Positions 59,001-64,000 of a stretch of 64,000 nucleotides of DNA are shown piece by piece. The stretch is taken from contig CAZHVM010000001.1 of the NCBI GenBank assembly GCA_964536135.1, forward strand, positions 29,268 through 93,267, in the 5' to 3' direction. The number at the start of each line of letters is the position of its first letter. The stretch's first letter is position 1. A model generated the notes under the pieces. The model made no database searches. It was not told the DNA's origin and saw only the letters and a program-made list of their open reading frames with translations. Position numbers and translations under genes: made by a program. This DNA is from an uncultured Candidatus Saccharibacteria bacterium. Its GTDB lineage: Bacteria; Patescibacteriota; Dojkabacteria; SC72.

Positions 59001-62000
59001 TTTCCTAAACTCAATCCACTAACACTTGCTACAGATAGATAATCGCTACTTCCGTTAAAATTCCTTGCTTTTCCATATGGACCATCCACTATGGTTGTAC
59101 CAGTTGCAGTTCCCGTATTACTACCAACAACATCAGCTACAGATGTACCACTTGTTTCTTCCATTGGCCAATATCCTAAGAGCCCTGTTGTATCAGTATC
59201 ATAAAGATATGGGTTATCGAAACTCTCCCATAGTGAATCACTCCCTCTTTTACTCTTCGAAGACCATCCGCTAGACTCTTTTACATCTCTTCCGGATGTA
59301 TCTGTAAAATTGGTTAACGTTCCATTACATGAAGCACCGCAGCTACCAATCGCACTAGCTGTTGTACCACTTAATTCATTCATCTTCCAAAAGGCAAACA
59401 TACTATCTGAGCTGTATGGCGTTTCTCCATCTGATGTAGAATAGTTTGATACAATTTCAGATGCGGATAGCACACGCGAATAGACTTGAATATTATCAAT
59501 ATTCCCATCAAAATAGTTCTGAGTACCTGGCTCATATCTACCAATAGAAAGGATATTTGTCCCAGAAGCTATCCCCATAGTACCAACAGTACTAACAGGA
59601 CTATTAGCGTCCTCCACACCATTAACATATAGGTGAAGTCCAGTAGCATCATTAGCCTTAAAAGTCGTACATACATGTGTCCACTTATCTGCTACTGCAG
59701 AATTCGATGCACCTTCAATATATGCCGTACCTGATATATATACTTTGTACATATCCGTTCTCCCCGTTTCCTGCCCTATATCATCTTTTAAAAGCATAAA
59801 CCCTTCCCACGCTATGTTGTCAATCTTTGTTAGTATGAAATCATCATCAGAGATTGTGTCATGCTTAACCCATGTACAAACCGATAATTCTGTTAAAGCA
59901 TCAAAACTGTCAACATCCCCTACACTAATATAATCGTCTACACCATCAAGAGCAATTCCACCATCACCATATGATGTCCAATTACTCCATGTACTATTAT
60001 CTGTACTTACCCTATATTGAAACTCAATATTTCCAGCTTGGTAATTGGAAAGTACTTCTGAGTCTGGAAGTGCTCTTGAATAAATTCTTACCAAATCTAT
60101 GTTTCCATTCCAAAAGTCACCTCCAGATCCATAACCTTCTTTCCCAATGGTCAATGCTGTGCTGGTATTAGTTATGCTTTCAGAAAAGGCTACAGAGTCC
60201 TGTAATACACCATTAATATATAATTTGGCATAAGAGCCATCATATGTCCCGACAATATGTTGCCATTCGTTATATCCTTTGGACAAGCCCTCTGGCCAAG
60301 CACTATTTGTGCCTGAAAAAACCCAGAAACGAAAATATCCATCCTCGAAATAAAGACCATACCCGTCTTCCCATATACTGTTTGATTTTGCAATTATTGC
60401 AGGATAGGAGCTACTACCCTTATTAAGATTAACCCATGCTTCAAGTGTAATATTTGTTTCTAGATTCAAATAAGCATTATTAGGAACACTTATATAGTCA
60501 TCAACTCCATCAAACATTACTGCTCCAGATCCCCATCTTCTGTTGTCTGCAGTCCATCCTGTACCTACAGCTGCATCTTGACCAGTGGTAGTCATACTTG
60601 TTAATGTACCATTACATGATGTACCACAGCTACCTCCACTTACCGCAGTGGTACCGCTAGTTTCATTGAAATTCCACTGAGCTACTAATCCAGTTGTACT
60701 ATATGGTGTTTCTCCATCCCCTGTATTTACACCAGATGGTATCCAAGACAATGTAGCTTCTGACATACTACTACCCATATCCATGGAAGAGGAGGTATAT
60801 TCTCCAAAGATATTACCTTCTTCGGCTTCCGTTGGTTTATACCTAATAATTACAATTCCTGAGCCACCAGTACCACCATTGCCTCCCCCTGTTGCACCAC
60901 CACCACCACCACCACCTAGCCCATTGGTACCAGCATTTCCCACTGTTCCTCCACCACCACATGCTCCTGGACTTCCACTAGTAGTACGACCTGACGAGGC
61001 TCCTCCTCCAGCATAACACACAGAAGTTCCTGAAATTGAAGAGTATGCACCGGTACCACCATTGCCTGCTGTTTTATATCCTCCAGTAGTTCCAGCTGCC
61101 CCTGCACCACCACCACCACCACCATTATAAGCCGGTGAGGCTCCTGTTCCACCACCATTATAACCCTGTGAACCTATACCTCCAGAGGCAGTAGAATTCC
61201 ATGCGGCGGCACCACCACCACAACCTCCATTTCCACCATTGGCAGTAGGTGCTTTGCCAGCACCTCCACCATAAGCAGTTATTGTCGAAAACTCTGAATC
61301 ACCTCCGTTTGAGCCAGCTACTCCTCCCGCACCAACCGTGACAGAAAATGAACCTTCTGAAATTACAAATGTTGAATCATATACCATACCCCCTGCACCA
61401 CCACCACTATTAACCAAGCCACCACTCCCACCACCACCACCACCACCAACTACTAAAACTGCAACATCACCCGAACCTGTACATACAAAATCTCCACTTG
61501 CCGTAAATGTGTGAATCTTATAAACACCATCCATAGTCACAGTACCACCAGTACAATTAAAAGCAGAAGTTGGTTGTTCAATTTGTATCTTCGGTCCAGT
61601 TACGGATTCTACACCATTAAATATTCCGCCACTAAAATCTGTAGTATCATCATGTACAATACTAGGATCTATCCTTACAGGAAATACCCTTTCACTACTT
61701 AACAACCATTCTAAACTTACAGTAACCTTTGCCCTGTAGTTATCATTCTCTCCCTCTTCTACCTTTAGTTTTACATCAAATGTCTTGCTATTAATATCAT
61801 CAATAGCAAAGTTTGGTAAGAAATGTGCTAAATACCTACCCTTACTATCCACAAAATAATATGTGCTTGTACTCTGTCCATCAATAGTAAACCAACCTTC
61901 TTTTAATTCAACATCACTATCCATCTTCAAATCAAAAACAAACTCATTAACAGGAAGTGAACATTCCTTGACTTTACAACTATCCTGGTATGCCTCCAAA

Positions 62001-62623
62001 TCTCTAATAATTATCTCCTCTTTCAATCCCAAACCCTTCATTATCTGGTATTCCAAATCTACACCATTTGCAACATCCTTATTCAATACAGTTTGTTTGG
62101 ATACTGGAACCTCTTGATCCTCATATACCCCTATCTCTCGGCCAACATCTATTAATTCTGTAGATGTCTTTATACTATCCGTACCGATTACATCCGCGAC
62201 CAATACAACCTCATCCCCATATTTCTCCAGATTTTCTCCTGTGAGATCCACACCTACTAAAGACATCTCTATGCCATATCTTTCTTTTTTTTGAAAAAGC
62301 TTTGCTATTTTTGTAAAGATATTACCCTTTTCTTTTTCAAAAGGATTATTAGCTGATGTCTGTGCCTCAAACCTTACCCACTGCTTATCTGGTTGTTCTA
62401 CATTACCAAAATCAACAGAGAATTTAGGATTTTTGTTTACCAGATATGCAACACTTCCTTCCTTAGGAACAAATATGTTGTCATTGGGAGATATCCTTCC
62501 AAAGAGAAAATACATAGTAAGACCGATAGCTAGCTGTAGAGAAAGTGCAACAACAAAAATAGTTGTTTTGTACTTACAAAAGAGACTCTTTATTCTGTTT
62601 TTTAAGGCAGATTTTTTCATCAT
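56009..62623 (-). CDS. giant (2204 aa) cell-surface protein with multiple LamG/concanavalin-A-like lectin domains and a glycine-rich block
   Basis: N-terminal TM/signal helix; about 200-aa Gly-rich segment (GGGGGGSGG...GGTGGSGIVIIRY); at least five LamG-like units (FNGSSDYLS...MWIKP...WNHVAFTFDG...YLDG...DEIRIS pattern), two of them nearly identical. Confidence 0.8.
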   Translation of the reverse strand: MMKKSALKNRIKSLFCKYKTTIFVVALSLQLAIGLTMYFLFGRISPNDNIFVPKEGSVAYLVNKNPKFSVDFGNVEQPDKQWVRFEAQTSANNPFEKEKGNIFTKIAKLFQKKERYGIEMSLVGVDLTGENLEKYGDEVVLVADVIGTDSIKTSTELIDVGREIGVYEDQEVPVSKQTVLNKDVANGVDLEYQIMKGLGLKEEIIIRDLEAYQDSCKVKECSLPVNEFVFDLKMDSDVELKEGWFTIDGQSTSTYYFVDSKGRYLAHFLPNFAIDDINSKTFDVKLKVEEGENDNYRAKVTVSLEWLLSSERVFPVRIDPSIVHDDTTDFSGGIFNGVESVTGPKIQIEQPTSAFNCTGGTVTMDGVYKIHTFTASGDFVCTGSGDVAVLVVGGGGGGGSGGLVNSGGGAGGMVYDSTFVISEGSFSVTVGAGGVAGSNGGDSEFSTITAYGGGAGKAPTANGGNGGCGGGAAAWNSTASGGIGSQGYNGGGTGASPAYNGGGGGGAGAAGTTGGYKTAGNGGTGAYSSISGTSVCYAGGGASSGRTTSGSPGACGGGGTVGNAGTNGLGGGGGGGATGGGNGGTGGSGIVIIRYKPTEAEEGNIFGEYTSSSMDMGSSMSEATLSWIPSGVNTGDGETPYSTTGLVAQWNFNETSGTTAVSGGSCGTSCNGTLTSMTTTGQDAAVGTGWTADNRRWGSGAVMFDGVDDYISVPNNAYLNLETNITLEAWVNLNKGSSSYPAIIAKSNSIWEDGYGLYFEDGYFRFWVFSGTNSAWPEGLSKGYNEWQHIVGTYDGSYAKLYINGVLQDSVAFSESITNTSTALTIGKEGYGSGGDFWNGNIDLVRIYSRALPDSEVLSNYQAGNIEFQYRVSTDNSTWSNWTSYGDGGIALDGVDDYISVGDVDSFDALTELSVCTWVKHDTISDDDFILTKIDNIAWEGFMLLKDDIGQETGRTDMYKVYISGTAYIEGASNSAVADKWTHVCTTFKANDATGLHLYVNGVEDANSPVSTVGTMGIASGTNILSIGRYEPGTQNYFDGNIDNIQVYSRVLSASEIVSNYSTSDGETPYSSDSMFAFWKMNELSGTTASAIGSCGASCNGTLTNFTDTSGRDVKESSGWSSKSKRGSDSLWESFDNPYLYDTDTTGLLGYWPMEETSGTSVADVVGSNTGTATGTTIVDGPYGKARNFNGSSDYLSVASVSGLSLGNTVFSTEMWIKPTATPTTRQWPLLLGDASAGNLHISYNTSGTISLGVWNGGECSVTPVVGAWNHVAFTFDGTTGRCYLDGALKSTTAMTFNLSSTALKIAQAQVSEAYFNGSIDEIRISSIVRTEDEIQANYFTGTQISKVIQTNSDSIIKIGGDYSKKISAGMQNVDRYTVGLWHLDERGGSGAYIKDSGNSGNHLTPTGTSYLNSGKIEGARSFNGSSDYLSLASVSGLSLGNTPFSIEMWIKPTATPTTRQWPLLLGGASAGNFHILHQSDGGIYLGAWDVGNCKITPVVGAWNHVAFTFDGTTGRCYLDGVLKSTTAMTFNFSSMALKIAQAQISEAYFNGSVDEIRISSGARTTNEIANAYRLGKDGFVNTIIEEKDLSSATTLPIYVAGDRPGSYLNTIWGETEYSNYQPDTNTVGLWNFDEGGEGSTYIDQSREGNSGITSYYGMRYGILSSNLTMIMNQWNGVANNYEMDITCPGGDSFCQIVTLEGETLSPTSINYGVAAQDVSSTLYIMYSPSLSGQSITAYANNSNNFIAVRYNSGWQYDNNSTWVSFTPKTYNILVAKALWGTLVTQLDYPAPADGKMGDGLDFSGSDQVTILDDNSLDFSSSFTVEAWIKPDSLPSVSESGGGIVTKGWYGETSTYNHNFWLSLCYDASWAGNTGAGYSFGFEVAAGSNYYATVNESLELNSWHHLTGVFDDDEDELRLYHNGQLVKVTTGVTVTPNTQAMDLTIGSMMTNYVSYFDGIIDGVRISNIARNPEDIRQVYEMESRTHPVQIDFGASLVSGNLITGSGDTSFNIDATVYGLDELGSGLYKDEKVIIKENYDGTEYIAQGTVSAITASTGAVTVSSWDTGSTFPSGGYTVNADVFKWQREYIPIKNRTINTQVNAINLLTLNITNGDEGRNLWIDDLRSTSGYLSDDTGEELTFPSSGQYFQYKAIFNTWDIDATFYISQVQLDYGTDGPTMDQVMRHGKWFNSSGEKQPFWWVNMP
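57950..59100 (-). repeat. intragenic tandem duplication of a LamG domain (two copies of about 450 nt, about 690 nt apart, very high nucleotide identity)
   Basis: Long identical runs (e.g. ccgttgttccatcaaacgtaaatgctacatggttccaagc in both copies); encoded repeats differ at only about 20 of about 150 residues. Confidence 0.75.
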
Positions 62624-62625
62624 AA

Positions 62626-64000
62626 CTACAATGATCTGTTGTAAATAATTTGTATATCTCCAACTCTTGCATAACTGTCATTTGCCGAGGACATCTTGAT
62701 AACAAACATACATGTTGTACCAGCTCCAGTACATTCATCCAAGCTCGATCCTGAAATAGTGGCAGTATTCCAAACTCCTGCAGTACTCGAGGCCTGCCCA
62801 GTAGACGATCCATCTACTGTTGCAGAACTTTCTTCATAAACATAGAAATCTAATTTATTATTTGTTGTACCTGTAGCTTCCGTAGCATAATTAAACAATA
62901 CCCATCCACTACCCCATGAGCTGAAATCTGAAGGGAGAGTAAATCTAACACGAACATCATAATCATTTAAAGATGTTTCTGAACTACTCCATTCGTAGTA
63001 ATTCATTGAATCGGAGGATGTTCCTTCGCTGTCAGAAGTCATTACACCTGTGTTGCTTGTACTATCTGCAGAGAGGACTGCCCCTGAATATTCTGCCGAT
63101 AGAGTAATCATATTAGTATAATCTCCCAACGGCACCCAAGCTTCATCGACATAGAATTCTAGACGGTCAGAGGTAGTGTTGTATCTTATTCCTCCCTGAT
63201 ACCCAGTTCCTGCACCTAGTGTTAAAGTGACATTACCAGAAGATCCACCTCCAAAAGTAGCATTTCCTCCAGAATCAACGACAAACATGTCACTGCCACC
63301 CGTTTGCATCTTCAGAAGGTTTCCCCCTGTTCCTGTTTTGTTTACCCAAATACTGTTTGTATCGTTGGCACTATCTACCTGTGCAAGAGCTGGGGCAAGA
63401 TTGATATATCCCAAACCACTTCCGACACCTCCTGCAATAGCTACAGAGAGCTTTAATACTTGGGTCTCTCCAGAGTAGTTATATAATCTTACATTGTTGT
63501 TATCATATATAACTATCCTGTAACCCGTGTTGTAGGTTATAGATATGTTTTCTAATCTTGGATAGTAAGCTAGATTTGTAGTAGTAAATATTACCCTGTA
63601 TTGGATATAATTATTCGGTGTACTTGAAATCGTAGCTCCATCATTATTTGTTAACAATTTTTCTACCCTTACATTATCTAAATATATTGTGTTACTAGAT
63701 GCAGATTGGTTTGTTAATCTTATCTTCGTTACACCATCAATGTCTGTACCAGTAATATCTGAGATATCCCAATATATCTTTTGCCATGTATCTGCCGCAT
63801 CTATAGTAATATCTTCATACTGTTCTGCAGCGGCACTTTCCCCTACCCCAAGTCTTAATGTGTTACCTGTTTGAGAGGCCCTAACCCACGCAGTAACATA
63901 GTCGTAATCGGAGATATCTGTACTGGTTATTGTAGCTTCTGCATATCCTCCAGATGTACTGCTAGTAATTTTGGTTACATTGGTAGCTGTTGCTTCGTCT
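62626..64000 (-). CDS. second large Ser/Thr/Gly/Asn-rich surface protein, 5'-partial (continues beyond window end)
   Basis: Track ORF 62626-63657 starts at a TTG, but the same frame stays open with no stop to position 64000, so the gene extends past the window. Beta-rich low-complexity composition similar to the downstream giant protein. Confidence 0.6.
   Translation of the reverse strand, partial: DEATATNVTKITSSTSGGYAEATITSTDISDYDYVTAWVRASQTGNTLRLGVGESAAAEQYEDITIDAADTWQKIYWDISDITGTDIDGVTKIRLTNQSASSNTIYLDNVRVEKLLTNNDGATISSTPNNYIQYRVIFTTTNLAYYPRLENISITYNTGYRIVIYDNNNVRLYNYSGETQVLKLSVAIAGGVGSGLGYINLAPALAQVDSANDTNSIWVNKTGTGGNLLKMQTGGSDMFVVDSGGNATFGGGSSGNVTLTLGAGTGYQGGIRYNTTSDRLEFYVDEAWVPLGDYTNMITLSAEYSGAVLSADSTSNTGVMTSDSEGTSSDSMNYYEWSSSETSLNDYDVRVRFTLPSDFSSWGSGWVLFNYATEATGTTNNKLDFYVYEESSATVDGSSTGQASSTAGVWNTATISGSSLDECTGAGTTCMFVIKMSSANDSYARVGDIQIIYNRSL

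Noticed and set aside
60783-61016. Plus-strand ORF encoding a poly-proline-rich peptide (PPVPPLPPPVAPPPPPPPSP)
   Set aside because: It is the reverse complement of the GGN-codon glycine-rich block of the giant minus-strand surface protein gene; mirror-image artefact.
1-64000. CRISPR arrays, IS elements, integrases, toxin-antitoxin pairs
   Set aside because: No regularly spaced short direct repeats, transposase/integrase motifs or inverted terminal repeats were seen. The only notable DNA-level repeat is the intragenic LamG duplication.

Overview
This is an AT-rich (about 35% GC), gene-dense bacterial window. Gene content and organisation resemble a small-genome, likely Candidate Phyla Radiation-type bacterium; that assignment is inference. 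Most of the window is conserved housekeeping loci. Operons: dnaX-ybaB-recR next to cysS and a short-form mfd; pth-ybeY-yqeY-rpsU; rpsB-tsf-frr-rseP; topA-dprA; mreB-mreC-mreD-PBP2; rpmG/tRNA-Trp/secE/nusG/rplK/rplA ... rplJ/rplL; uvrA; argS with two adjacent tRNA-Arg genes; a split comEC plus comEA. Single genes: rlmN, a form II/III-type RuBisCO large subunit, and trpS with an mreB paralog. Nine tRNAs are called (Thr x2, Tyr, Trp, Arg x3, Pro, no Gln). Several canonical sigma70 promoters and rho-independent terminators are visible. The standout is a tightly packed five-gene plus-strand cluster at 33020-38749, inserted where rpoB normally follows rplL. It encodes a polytopic membrane protein and four ATP-grasp amide ligases: one RimK-related alpha-L-glutamate-ligase-like, two cyanophycin-synthetase-like that lack a functional Mur-ligase module, and one RimK-like. 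A convergent HExxH/QEGLA-motif (DUF1704-like) predicted zinc peptidase follows at 38746-39909. Together these look like a candidate non-ribosomal poly-amino-acid or peptide-tail synthesis, export and trimming system. Other points of interest: a GC-rich hairpin-dense island with a Shine-Dalgarno-led small ORF upstream of the rpsB promoter; a ProRS C-terminal domain remnant downstream of RuBisCO; a two-gene insertion between rplA and rplJ; a 2204-aa LamG-repeat surface protein with a glycine-rich block and an internal near-identical duplication; a TrpRS with a degenerate HIGH motif; and tRNA-Arg genes with UCG and GCG anticodons. CDS coordinates are from the supplied ORF track. Coordinates of tRNAs, small genes, promoters and terminators were read by hand from the sequence and may be off by 1-3 nt.
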